Positions 49,898 to 62,607 of a stretch of DNA of 64,000 nucleotides are shown here, piece after piece. Every line of letters begins with the position of its first letter. Position 1 is the stretch's first letter. The notes below the pieces were generated by a model. That model saw only the letters and a program-made list of their open reading frames with translations, made no database searches and was not told the origin of the DNA. This stretch comes from Lama guanicoe. Taxonomy: Eukaryota. The stretch is taken from assembly GCA_013239625.1 (NCBI GenBank), contig MU054338.1, positions 6,610,724 through 6,674,723 on the forward strand. Direction: 5' to 3'. The translations under genes were made by a program, and so were the position numbers.

Positions 49898-52800
49898 TCA
49901 TGCTGACGTCAGCTGGATGGCGAAGACCTCGCCCCCCGCCGGCGCCTCCGCAGTGCCCGCAGCCTCTGTTCCACCTTCCGCGCCGGTGCCCGCGCTGGCG
50001 CCGCCGCCAGCGCCGTTGAGACACACGGCCTCCCCGGAGCTCTCCGCCTCCTGCACGTTATACTCGCCCTTCTTGCAGGCGGTGGACTGCACGTAGAAGG
50101 CCAGCCCGGCCCCCGCGGCCAACAGCGCCGCGCCCCCCGCCGCGCCGCCCACAGCGACCCACAGCCACGGACCTGCGGGATGGAGATGCTCAAAGAGGGG
50201 GGACGAGCTCGGGGCTCGCCCCACCCGTCGGCATGCCAGGCTGGGCCACTCCTGTCCCCTCCCCGAAGGCACAAGTTCAGTCCTCACGAGCCTGGCAGGG
50301 AGCCCCAGGGAACTCAGCCTTGGAGGAAAGGAGAGACCCCAGTAAGACCACTCGTAACACTGCTGTGACCCTGACCCGTTTGACCAGCTACCCCATCACG
50401 GAGGGGGAGGGGGCAGATATAAACCCCTAGCCATGGAAATACCTACAAGTAAACCAACTCATCCTCATATGGATCAGGGTGGAGGGGACCCGCTGATTCC
50501 TCCACCCTAGAAAGTCCCTAGCCATGGAGATACCTACAAGTAAACCAACTCATCCTCAAATGGATCAGGGTGGAGGGGACCCGCTGATTCCTCCACCTTA
50601 GAAAGTCTCCAGCCCCAGAGATACACGAAATGGGAGAGGGGATATTGTTGGGGTCCCCCGCCCCCATCCTCTGCCCCTGGTCCCTCTCCAACACCCCTTC
50701 TCTGCAGCAACACAGTGGAGGGGAATTGGATCAAGTCTCCACCAAGCAGAACCCACCAAAAGTTAATGAAGTCCCTCCCCGTAGCAGTCACAGCCCCGGA
50801 GGATCCCTTTCCTTGGGCTCTGGTCAGCTCCCTCTCCATCCGCTTCCCACCCCCAACCAGCCCTCAAAGCCCCACCGTCTGGGAGCCCCTAACTTCTACT
50901 CTGGCTCACTTCAGTCTCATCTGTGGGAATGGAGAGCGAGGTAGGGACGGGGTCAAGAATTCCAAGGCGCAGGTCACACCTCCCTGGAGATCCCTCGCCT
51001 CACCCCCACACCCAGTCGCCACTTACCAGCCACGCGCACGGTGATGCGCCGTGTGTGGCGCCCATGCGCGTTGGTGGCTGCGCACTCGTACTCGCCGCCG
51101 TGGCTGCCCATGGCGCCCGCCACGCTCAACGTGCTGTTGTTGCTGGACAGGCCGATGTTGAGCGCCCCCGGGGGCGCGCGCCAGCTGATCTGGGCCGGGG
51201 GCCATGCCTCGGCCCTGCAGGTCAATGTGAAGTTCCCGCCCGGCCGCACGCCTCCCGGAGGTGAAGCAGCCAGCTCGGCCACCACCGGGCGGTCTGTAGG
51301 GGACAGGAGGTTGAGGGTGTCTCACCGCTGACCAAGTGCCCCCTTCTGCCCAACACAATCTGAGACCATCCCTCCTGAAATGGGCAGGCAAGGGTCCTGC
51401 CTCCTATCAGAGGCCCCTCCCCCTACAAGTGGACTATTGTCAGGACTAAAATCCTTAGACCTGCTTCACTGAGTGGAAGGAGATGGGGAACCAGGCCAAT
51501 GCACTTCAGACCCAGAATTTGAAGGTGCCATGATCTTGTTCCGCAGAGTTTTCATTACTCTGAGGTTTAGGCCAGGATTCCTTGTCCCCAGAAATGCGAC
51601 TCGGGGAGATGCCCTTGAACTCCACTGGGCAATCCTACCTCTTCTAGTCACTGTTCTGGAGACTGAATGCCCTCTATCTGGTGCTTCCCCCACTCACATT
51701 CCACGCCCACGGTGACAATCCGGGCATCCGTGCCGTGCGGGTTGGTGGCCAAGCAGCGGTAGCTGCCTGCATCCTCTCGGGACACGCGCAGCCGCTGTGG
51801 CCGGGGCGCGCCCTCCCTGGAGCAGCGCACTTGTGGCGAGGGGCGACCCCGGGCGGAGCAGGCCAGCGCAGCAGCCTCAGCCCCTTCCAACCACGTCTGG
51901 TGACTTGGGCAGGTAGATTCATCCATTTCCGGTGGTGCTGCAAAACAGCCATAGCAGGAGAGGGGGTGGTCAGGAGGGGCTCGGACCCAGGACACCCCCT
52001 ATTCCCCGCCCGCCCACTTGGGCCTGGCTCACATTCCGCGCTCACGGAGACCGTCTTGACCATGGATCCATGCCGGTTGGTGGCATTACAGATGTAGGTA
52101 CCAGGTGCCAGTTCACTAGGGATTCGGGGGGTTCTGGCACTAGGGCCTGGGGGTGCCAGTGGCAGCAGCACCCCCTCACTGGTGCCGCCAGAGCCAATGC
52201 ACTCCACACTTGGCTCTGGCTTTCCATCAACCTCACAGGAAAATAGTCGCCCAGAACCTTCCACCCATGTCCAATTGCTGGGGCAGCTCAGCTCCTCAAA
52301 ACTGGGGCCATCTGAGGAGAAGAGGTCATACAGGGACTGGAGGTCAGAAGAGGGTTATTCTGACATCCCTCATCTTGCCCCATGTTGTCCCCACTCACAT
52401 TCCACCGTGACAGCCACATTTTTGGCTGCAGAGCCTCGAGCATTGGTGGCTTCGCAGCGGTAGGTGCCCGCGTGCTCCCGGGCCACACGCAGCAGGCCCT
52501 CGATGATGACCCCAGCCTCCCCAGAGCGCATGCAGCTCACGTTGGGAGGTGGGACCCCATGGGCCACACAGCTCAGGGAGGCCTCTGTTCCTTCCAGCCA
52601 GGTAATGCGTTCAGGGCAGCCCACACTGTCCAGCGCTGGTGCATCTAGAGGGGAGTGTTGTTGATTTGGGGGGTTTAGGGACCGGTGTAATGTCTCTAGA
52701 CCCCTTTTCCCATCCCAGGGCAGCCAGGAAGCATTGGACAGTCTATGCTCCACAGAGGGACACTGAACCAAAGGAGTTTTGCACCAGTCGAGTCATGCAC

Positions 52801-55800
52801 TGTTTTGGGGCTTCCTGAGCCCTACCTAAGGTGTGCTTTTATCTGATTCCTACAAAGTGCCCACAGGACCCTCCCACCTCTTTGGCCTAAAAATTGTTAG
52901 CCCGTTTGAAACACCCACCTTTCCAAGACAGCCCAAACGCTGTGCGCCAGACCCCCGTGGACACGCCGACCCCTTCCCCTAGGTCCTTCTCCGAGGTCCT
53001 TCCCTTATCCCGCTCACCAGCCTCTTCCCTTTCCCAAAATCCCGCCCAAAGGCTGCGCACCCCCACTCACACTCCACCGTCAGAGTCACGTCTTTGACTG
53101 CCTCGCCCTGGGCATTGGTCGCGGTGCAGCGGTAAGTGCCGGCGAGCGCGCGAGTTACCGGACCGAGCAGGCCCAGTGCCAGCACCGCCCCCCCGTCGGG
53201 CCGCGCGCAGTGCACCGAGGGCTCTGGGTTTCCACGGGCCTCGCAGCGCAGCGTCTGCTCTGGGCCCTCCGGCCACGTCCAGCTCCTGGGACAGTCCGAA
53301 TCGTCCAGCCGGGGAGCGTCTGCGGGAAGAGACATGGGATGCTGTGAGGCTAGACGCGGACCGTGAGGTAAGCCTCCACTTCCTTCACTACAGCGCCAGG
53401 GACCGGAACCGGGCAAGCCCTTTGAGCTCAAGATGAGGGAGGCGAGAGGTTAAAGGCCAACTCACATAGGACGCGCAGCTCGGCGCTCTCGTTCTTACTT
53501 AGGGTCTCCCCGTCCACCTCGAGGGCGGCGTCGCAGAAGAAGCCACGCCTGTCGTCGTTCTCGGTGGCGTTTAGCTGGAGCTGGGCGGGCTGTCCCGGGA
53601 CCGCGGCTGGAATTCCGTCTAGTGTGACCAGGGCTCGGGGCCCAGCTGTGCAGGTTACTGTCACCGTTTTCCCCTCGGGGGTGTTGGGCTCGCTCAGGGT
53701 CAGGAGGGGCTCCGGGAAGCCTGGGGGAGGGGCATTGGTCGGGAGTCCACTGACCACGCCCCTCCTGCGGTTCAAGGCTGCCCCTTTTCAGCCCGAACCT
53801 TCCACGCTGCAGCCAAACCTAGGATACTGTGCCTTGCCTCTTGAGATGTTCAGGCTCCGCCCTTTCTCGCCCCGCCCCCTTTTGGTGGTTAGGCCCTCTC
53901 TCTACGGATCCTCCTGGGGTCTGCAACCTTCCCCTTTGGGGGCGCTCAGACTCCGCCTCTCAAGCTACTATTCAATCTGTCTTCCACCTGCCCCGCCCCT
54001 TCGGGACTCTCGGGCCACGCCTATTCCAATACCAAGCCCCACCCACTATTGGCCCCGCCTTCACGTTCCTCTGGCTCCACCCCCGAGCCGCGGAAGTACC
54101 GCTTCACTCGCTCTTACTGTAGACTGTCACGTTCTCCCGGCTCTCACGGCTTTCGCCCCCCAGGGTCACGTTGCAGACCAGCTGCCTGGCGCCCTCCTGC
54201 TCTGTGCTAGCTGTGGTTGTGGCAGTGGCCATGAAAGCGTCCCCCTCGAGGGTGATATCGGGACTCAGCCTCTGATCCCCCAGCGCCAGGTAGACCCCAG
54301 CCTCCGAGGCTGGAAACAGCCCATCCATGGCGCAGCTCACAGGTCTTTCTGAGCCCACTTCCAAGAGCCGAGGGGCAGCGAGGCGCGGGGAGTCCGGAGG
54401 CAGGGCTGGGAGTAGAAGAACAGAGCTTGAACTTATGTATTGAACGCTCAATATGTTCTAAGCGCTTTACATGCTCAAAGAGGAAAATAACTTTCAGCTG
54501 GTGAGTGTTGGGGTAAGAATTAGAATTCAGGTTTCTCTGCCTCCAAACTTCTTAAATACCCGCCCGACCCCTTGTGATCCCCTTCTCCTCACACCCACTC
54601 ACCGAAGGTTCGGAGCTCTCTGGGGGCCGAGCTGTTTTCAAACAGCCCTAGGCCGTGAGGCCGCAGGTCCAGCTCCGCACGGCACGAGAAATTGGCCCCA
54701 TGGTCCTCCCTCCGCGCCAGTACCGTGGCTGTGAGCACCGCGCCCCGCGCTCGGGGTGGCTCCCCGAAGAAGCTGCGACGGATCAGCTCTTGGGCGCCCC
54801 GCAGCAGGGTCAATGTGAGACTCCCACGAGGCCCAGCGCCGGGGACCCTACAGCTCAGGGTGAAGTTCTCGCCCACTGGCTGCCAGGCAGGCAGCGGCAC
54901 CAGCTCTACACGATCTGGCCGTTCTACAAGGGGACAGATCACGGCTGTTGGAAACGCCAGGGCTCAGCAGGAAGTGGCGTGGAACGCAGGGATTAAGACG
55001 GGGAGGACCTGGGGATCCAGAGGGTGGGGCCTGAAGGAGAGGACCCCGTGACCCAGGGGGCGGGGCCTGGGAGGGAGGGAAAATAGTGGAGTAAGAGCGT
55101 GGCCGCTGAGAACTCACGAAAAGTGCGAATGAGCCCACGCGCTTGCAGTGTGCGCCGCGCGCAGCGGAAGAAGCAGACGGGCTGGGTCTCCGGTTCGCGG
55201 ATGTCCACCAGCTGCCGCGCCAGCCAGCGCAAACCCCTCTGGGTCCCATTCCGGCGCAGTGAGGTCTCCAGGCCACCGCGTTCGGGCCGTGGGCAGTTGG
55301 TGCTGCAATTCAGCCACAGCGATCCTCCGCGTTCCACGAGCGCCACGCGGGGCTGCAGGTCCGCCCAGAAAGGCTCCTGTGCGATTGCTGCCCGGAGAAA
55401 TGCGAGCTTAGCCTGGGAGCCATCTCCCTGGGATCTCAGCGCCCCTATACCGAGACAGGGATTCCCAGGGAATGAACGGAGGCCAGAAAAAAACTCAAGA
55501 GTCTTTACTGCCCAGACCTCAGGTTTACAAGCCCATTCCCACGGTCCAAACCTCGGGGGTGTTTCTGCAACATGGCAGTGGAGAGCCCTGCTCTCCAAGG
55601 TGTCGATGGAGTGATGGGAAAGCATAGGGGGAGGGGAAAGATGGGGTCTTCAACGCACATACCAAAGCTAGAAGGAGGGGACCCCAGGTGGGGGGAGGGA
55701 AATGAACGGGTTCTCAGGGTTCTTGCCCGCAGAGGGGGAGACCCTTGTTGAAGCGAGGGCAAAAGAGAGATGAGGCTGAGTCAAAGATAAAGGAGGATTC

Positions 55801-56387
55801 CAAACCCAGGTGAAGAGTATGGAAAAGAGGACGCGGGGTTGGGCTCATGCAAGGACCTCGGGAAAAGCGGATGGACGTTGTTGCCAGGGCTCCAGGTGGA
55901 GCGGGAACAGCGCCTCTGAGTCACAGCAGTTGGTGAGATCGAGTCTTCGCGGATTAGGAGTGGGGAAGATGCCAGTCCGTGGACCATGGTGCATAGCAAA
56001 GCGTGGGGAGGTACCCCGGGAGGAGACAAGGGAGACATGCAGTCTCCAGAGCCCGATGCTGGGTGCAGAAGGACACCCAGGATCTCGAAGAGGGTAGGGT
56101 AGAGACCTGGGCGAGCCAGAAGTCAGGAAGCTAGGTCTCCAGTGTGTGTTGGGGGCAAGAGGGTTAGAGAAGAAAGCCCGGGCTCAAGGTGGGGGCAGAA
56201 GCGTGGGAGCGAGGCGAGAGTGAAGCCGGGAGGGGCTTGTGGCCTCTTCTCAGGTCTGGGAACTCCACCCCCGCCCTGTCCACCCTGAGCCAGACCGGCT
56301 CTTACCTGAGAAGCCGAGGAGCCCCAGGCCCAGGGCAGCCCAGAGGCCGAGCAGCGCCCGGTGCAGCCCTGGCGAGGGCGCTGGCAT
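49898..56387 (-). CDS. ICAM5: Intercellular adhesion molecule 5 (telencephalin), 9 Ig domains; 11 exons
   Basis: Exons (minus strand): 56306-56387, 55118-55387 ([30 protein letters not shown]), 54603-54923, 54118-54405, 53466-53720, 53071-53319, 52399-52644, 52033-52311, 51698-51937, 51027-51293, 49898-50172 ([25 protein letters not shown]). Confidence 0.97.
50425..50606. repeat. 91-bp direct tandem duplication in ICAM5 last intron
   Basis: Units 50425-50515 and 50516-50606 differ at 3 positions. Confidence 0.95.
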
Positions 56388-57260
56388 CGCCGCCGCGGGG
56401 GAAGCACAGGAGGCGAGGGGAGCGCGAGCGCTGAGCTGGGCTAGAGGACGGCGCGGCGCGGCGCGGCGGGTGGGGTGTGGAGGAGGCTGAGTTGCGCTCG
56501 GGGATTGGTTTAACGTTGGTAACTTGGTTTCCAAGGAGGGGGCGGCAGCAGAGGCGGCGGGGTGAGGGGGGTGCGGGAGGGCGATCTTGCACCAGCCTCC
56601 CGGCCTTGATGAAGGTGTGCTGGCTGGAGCGAGCGACCCCCGGGGTCTACGTGGAGGCCGGCCCCATCTCCCGGGGCCTTCTGGGGGCGGCTGCGGGCTC
56701 CCGCGTCATCCCCAGCGGCGACGCGGAGGTGGGGGGATGCAGGGTTGCCCTTCTCAAATCTCCACCCCACCCCTAGCTTAGATGCTATGATAATAAGCTG
56801 GACTCTGAGCTCCGCCTCCATATTTGGCCCTTCCCACCAGCGCCCCTTGGGGCGGAGATTGATTTGGGGGCTAGGAGAGATTTGAGAAGTGCAAGCTGGG
56901 GAAGAGATGGTTCTAGGAGAGGATGTGGGGATGCCTCCCTCACTGATCCTTCCCCTGTTGAACCGGGGAGCTGAGGGTCACAGCCACGCCCCCAGTCTTT
57001 CTCTGACTCCGCCCCCGCACGCGACAGAAGGGGCGGGGACCAAAGTGACAGCGAGTCGGGAACACGTGTGCCTGCGCGCAGCGTTCCCGGGCATCTAAAT
57101 TAGGGTCGGCTCGGCTCTGGGTCTGTATTTACCCAGCGTGCAGCGGGCACGTGTCTACGCGGCGTGTGTGAGTGGGAACAGCCAAAGAGCACCCCGGAAT
57201 CCGCTTTCTGTGCAGCAGCCGGGGCGCTGGACCGCTTCGGCCTTGCCAGGCATCCAGTGC
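56300..57260 (-). promoter_or_regulatory. ICAM5 CpG-island promoter region
   Basis: CpG-dense; CCAAT (attgg at about 56504 on +); GC boxes; CACGTG E-boxes near 57063 and 57148. Confidence 0.65.
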
Positions 57261-58045
57261 GGGTCCAGATTCTGTGTCCACGCGAGACCAAGAAACCAAC
57301 TATGACACTTTTGACCCCGCATCGGGCCCCAGGCTTTGACACCCTCCTATGCACTCACCAGGCCCGGGGACTATCAGGACGTTGCCAGGACGCGAGTCTG
57401 TGACATCCTCCCCCCAACCCCGGACCATCTGGTTGCTCCTTCCCCGTAGTTACCACATGGGTATCTTTTCTGCAAATCCACGTCCCTTAAAATGTACACA
57501 TGACCCCGCCCATTTGTGCTCTCACTCCCAGCGCTAATGGTGAACTATAGGGATTAGTTCTCGCCCCACCCCTGTGCTCCAGGAAACTGCAGGTTCTGAA
57601 GTGGAGGAGGGAACGAAACTTAACGTCCAATCACAGCTGCTGCGCGGTAGCGGTGGAACCAATCAGGAGAAGCCATACCATGAACCAGCCTTCCCACAGC
57701 CCAAAGCCCCCAGGGCCCATGCTTTGCCCACCTGCACTGCACTGATAATGCCCACGGGAGAGGTTTTTACTACACCGGCGGGGAATGCAGAGAGATTGGG
57801 GCTCCCATGCGGAAGACCAGAGTGAAGAAACCTCAGGTGCCTTCAGGGAGACAAGGAACTTGGAGAAAACGATAGAGGCAAGGCCAAAAAAAGACGACTA
57901 CTTCGTCAGAAGAGGAGCACTAATGGGGGACCTTTATGTCCAGGGACAGAAGCTGGCTGAGGAAGGCTTTTTTGAGACAGGCAGGGTTCTCCAAATAGTT
58001 CCAGATTCCTTTTTCCTCCAGTTCAGCCAGCATGGACCAGTGCCT

Positions 58046-59117
58046 CTAGGCCCGGGACTGCATCAATAGGCACTTTCGCAGGTAGAGGGCCCCCACGACG
58101 AGATGGATCACCACAAAGACTGCGATGGAGGTGGAGGCCAAGGCTTTGGATGCGGGACTCCAAGCTGGAGGCAGGAGGCGAGAATTAGAAACTGAGCACT
58201 TGGAGGTGTGATGACCCGCATGGACATGCTCTCTTGGCCTGCGCACCTTCTTGAGGTCACGACCCTTCCCCACTCCTCCCAGGATTATAAGAATTCCTCA
58301 CCGAAAGCTGTCAGCGTCATGGGTGCCGAGCTACTGAGGACCACCAGGCCATCAAGATTGAGGTGGGCGTGGCAGGTCACTGGCTGCCCGAAGTCACTGG
58401 GCCTGGCATGAAGGGTGTGAGTCATCGTCACATTGGCCAGATCCACGCTAGTGTAGCGCTCCAGGCTTTCTGAGTAGATGACTTGACCACCGCGCCTCAG
58501 AGTCACCACCAGGAAGCCCACGGGGAACACGTGCGTCACGTGGCAGCGAAGAGTGTACTCATCGCCCACTAAGACCGGAGGCTCCAGGATCACGCTGCGT
58601 GGCTGTTCTAAAGCAAGAGGGGACTGCTGGGCAAAATCCGAGGGCTCCCCCTAGAGCGGCTGTCAGCTACCCCAGCAGTCCCCCTTCCCTCACCCCAGCC
58701 CGGCCTGAGCCCCTGTCCCTCACTGTAGGCGGTAATCCTGGCGGTGGCCTCCCGCGTTTCTCCTGCGCAGGTGACGAAGCATTGCACATCGGAGCTCCAG
58801 GCCCTCACATCCAGCAGCTGGTAGGATACCCAACGGGGCCCACTGAGCGTCTCGCCCCGCGGCAGCACGGTGCGGAGGCTGAAACCCTCCGGTAGGGGGC
58901 AGCTGCTGCTACAGTTGAGCCACAGTGAGCCCCCCGGCCGCACGGCCTTGAACTCGGGTCTTATGCGCACCCAGAACGGTGCTGAGGTCTCCGAGGGTGC
59001 GGGAGATCTACCTCCCGTTCCTTGCGTCCGGGTACCCCAGAGCCTCCGCCTGCTCCCAGTTGGCTGGTAGGAGGCTGCCAGCAAAAGCAGCAGAAAGAGG
59101 GGGAGCAGAGACCCCAT
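58046..59117 (-). CDS. ICAM4: Intercellular adhesion molecule 4 (Landsteiner-Wiener blood group glycoprotein), 2 Ig domains; 3 exons
   Basis: Exons (minus strand): 58724-59117 (MGSLLPLFLL; APFWVR; WVSYQLLDVRAWSS), 58302-58607, 58046-58164 (TM, short tail). Lies between ICAM1 and ICAM5. Confidence 0.96.
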
Positions 59118-59164
59118 GGCAGAAAGCCTGGACTGAGGGGCCCCGAGCCAGGGAGCCAAGGCTG

Positions 59165-59255
59165 GCTCTGGAGATAAGGAGGATCGCAGCAGCGCCTTGT
59201 CAGCCCCACCCGGAAAGAGGCTCCCAGGGGCCCAGAAGCCCTGCAGGAAACAACC
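59165..59255 (-). promoter_or_regulatory. ICAM4 erythroid-type proximal promoter (GATA, CACCC, Ets)
   Basis: AGATAA at 59172-59177, CCACCC near 59206, GGAA cores near 59212 and 59246; 55-130 bp upstream of the ATG. Confidence 0.55.
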
Positions 59256-59519
59256 CCCTCCCACGGCCTAAGAATGGGATTTCAGACCCCATTATAAATC
59301 AAACGTCATCCTGTTTTTCTGGAGAGAGATCTTTAATTTTCACTAGCTTCTCAGAAGGCCCTCCGGGTTGGATTAGAGCCTGAGGGTTAGGCCTTGAACC
59401 AGCTTTTTCTTGGGGCAGGAAGTGGGAGGACCGGGTTGTGGTGCCGAGGCTAGAAAGGGCTCCAGCTGGACATGACACCTCCCCTCTCAACTCTTACAAT
59501 GCTGGGAGGATGGAAAAGG

Positions 59520-59525
59520 TTTATT
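59520..59525 (-). terminator. ICAM1 poly(A) signal AATAAA
   Basis: tttatt on + strand, about 1.1 kb past the stop. Confidence 0.75.
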
Positions 59526-60629
59526 AGCACAAGGGAGTGGCTTCCACAGTAGGGAGCAGTTTCTCCCAGGCCTCCCCTCCCCACTGCCTGCTGGATCCTT
59601 ATTGCTGAAGGAGCTTGGAGCTGCAGTGTTCTGCTCTTGCATGGTCCCACTGAGATGGAAACAGGTAAGACAAGGCAGGGGCACGCAGGGGTTGGGCATA
59701 GTTTCATGGGACTCCATGGTTTGGCTATTAAGGAGTGAGCACCCATGTTTAGGCATGCCATCAAGTGTCACTGTGAGCACCAGCAGAGATAGTTATGGGT
59801 GGAGAAGTGGCTAGCAGAGGTCAGTACCAGTGCTGAGGCATCAGGGCTCAGTGGGTCACCCCTGGGCATGACACCAGCTAAACCATGTCACCACTAGTTC
59901 TGGGAGGAAGGAGCTTGGCCAATGGAATGGGAAAGCCTAGCCCCACTTAATCGCTTTGCCAGGTACTCATGTGCAGTGCACAGCCAGCACAACTGTGCCT
60001 TGCAATCCTGAATGAGGTTAGACTGAGAGCTCCCTGAGGGCAGAAACCTACATTCTTGCTTACCGTTCTAGACCACATAAAAGGCACTCAGTAAATAGCG
60101 GGTAGACAACAAATGAATAAATATGTCATCATCAAGGGCTGGGGACAGTCAGTGGACAGATAGCAGTACCCGAGCAGACATTTGTCAGAGAAAGTGAGGG
60201 GATTTGTGTTTCAACGCTGCATGTGTCTGTGCAGGGCCACTTCCCTCTTAGGATTGTAGGGCCTCAGCACATGCAGAATGGGGTGAGTTTCAACGTTTCC
60301 CAGTTGGATATCCCCATGTTGAAGGTATAGCTCTACATCATACACCCTCCAGCCAGGTCAGACTTCAACGTCTCTCACAGTCATGCCCTGAGTCTTGCCC
60401 CTTCCTCTTGGCTCAGTCCCATGGCTACAGGTCAGGTGTGAGGCCTGGGGTTCGTAAGTGCACAGGTGCCATGAACCCGGATGCTGTCTGTATCCTGACT
60501 GAGGCCTCGAGCCTGTCCTCCGGCATCCTGGGAAGGTGGCTGTAGCTGAATAGCATGTGTCCACCATTGTTTGATGCAGCCTCGCTTGTCAGGTGTCGGG
60601 GGCTGAGGAGGTCCTGTCCTGGGGCAGCC

Positions 60630-62607
60630 TCAGGGCGGCGTGGCTGGTGTGTTCAGTTTCTTGACAGATTCTTCCCAGGCCTTCTGGGCCTTCTGCAGCT
60701 CGTACTTCTGCTTCTTCAGCTTACGGTAATAGATGTAAGCGGCAGTACCTACAGCACCCAAGGTGATAACAGCTACCACTGGAACGATGATGGCTGGGAT
60801 ATTCTGGTGGTCTATGGGGAGGACACAAGGGGGCGGTGAGGCTCGAGCTGGGTTCACTGCCCCCACCCTACACAGCCCCAAACTCTGGCACTCACAGATC
60901 ACGTTCACGACCACTTCCCGCTTGGCGACACCGCGAGAGCTGTTGGCCTCACACAGGTAGGTGCCTGCAACCTCCCGCTTGACAGGTCTCAGGTCCCCAA
61001 TGGGCAGCGAAGCCCCGTCCCCTTTCCGGCTACATTTCAGCTTGGGGAATGGGTTCCCCCGGGCCTGGCACCTCAGGGTCTGCTGGGACCCTTCCTGCCA
61101 TGTCCAGTTTCCCGGGCAATCTCTCTCGTCTAGTCGGGGGCCATCTGAAAAAACACAGCAAGATGACGGATGGGGTCAGGGACTAAGACATCACTCGCCA
61201 TCTAGGACTGAAAGACTTAGGTAGGAATCTGGGGAGGGGGCTCAGCAGGGTGGAGGTGAGGGTTGGGCCTTGGAGGTTAGGGGTCATTGTCCAGAGGCCC
61301 CACTTACACAGGACACTGAGCTTCAGGGTCTGGTTCTTGTATAACCACTGCCCAGCCACCTCTAGGGCAGCAGAACAGGAGAAGCTGCGCCCATTGTCCT
61401 CGGCACTGGCGTTCAGCTGGAGTTGGGCCCTCGGGGCACCAAGCCTGGCTGGGGCATCCTCCAGCGTCACCACGGCTCCTGCGTGGGCCTTGCACTCCAC
61501 AGTCACTGTTGTCCATTCTGGGACCTGGGGCCTGCTCAGGGTCAGGTCAGGAGCTGGGAAGCCTGGAGGTGGGGCAGGCACACAGTGAGACCCACCGTGG
61601 GTTCTAGCCCTGCCCCCTCAGAAGCCCCGTCCAGGTTTCTACTTACTGTAGATGGTCACATTCTCCAGTCTACTCCGCGTCTGGTCTCCCAGCGTCACCT
61701 GGCATACCAGATGCTGGGTGCCCTCCTCCTCGTTGCTCTTGACCCAGGCTGTGGCCAAGAGGGAGTCACCATGGTTCACGATTTTGGGTTCCAATTTCTG
61801 GTCCCCCAGCGCCATGTGGACCTCAGCCTCTGCGGCTGGGAACAGCCCATCCAGAGTGCAGTTCACAAGCCACTGTGTGCCCACTTCCACAATCCGGAGG
61901 GTATCAAGGTGCAGGCCGGTCATTGGCAGGACTGGTAAGGGTGGTGGTGTAAACAGAGAGGAGACAGACATCTTGAAGCCTTTTCCTGGGGCATTTCCAT
62001 TCCCCAACGTGGAACACCCTCTTCCTGGGAAACTGTGGCCTGGGTCACCCTTGTCCCAGGATACACACACCACCTGCCCCAGGTCACAGCCTTCTCAGAA
62101 GATCCTGCAGTCCAGGCACCCATTCCAGAACACTCCACCCCAGTGGCCAAGAACATGCTCTTCCCCAAAGCCTTTGCAATCTAGGGCACCACCTTCTCAG
62201 CACCCCCATGGCCACAGGCCTCTCCTTCCCAGGAACCCTGCACCCCAAGAAGGAAATCTCCCTATCCCATCCTCTCTGCTGGCTCCCCAGTGCCTCACCA
62301 AAGGTTTGGAGCTTCCTGGGGGCCGAGCTGTTCTGGAATAGTCCCAGTCCTTCGGATCGCAGGTCCAGCTCCGTGCGGCAAGAGAAATTGACACCATGGT
62401 CTTCTCTCTTCGCCAGCACCGTGAACATGACCTCGGTGGACTCCCCCTTTGCCACTGGCTGCCGCTCCAGCACCTCCTCCCCACGGAGCAGCATCACACT
62501 GAGGTGGGCCCGCGGTGCCCCGCCAGACACCTGGCAGGTCAGAATGAAATGCTCGTCCACGGGCTGCCAGGTGGGCAGGGGGGCCAGCTTCACGTGTTCC
62601 GGGAACC
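60630..62607 (-). CDS. ICAM1: Intercellular adhesion molecule 1 (CD54), exons 3-7 (D2-D5, TM, tail); 5'-partial
   Basis: Exons (minus strand): 62299-62607, 61647-61931, 61308-61562, 60896-61144 ([16 protein letters not shown]), 60630-60811 (tail ending NTPATPP*). Signal and D1 exons lie beyond base 64000. Confidence 0.96.

Noticed and set aside
55895-57240. REST/NRSE site for neuron-specific ICAM5
   Set aside because: Only partial right half-sites (cagcgcc); no TCAGCACC left half at the proper spacing.
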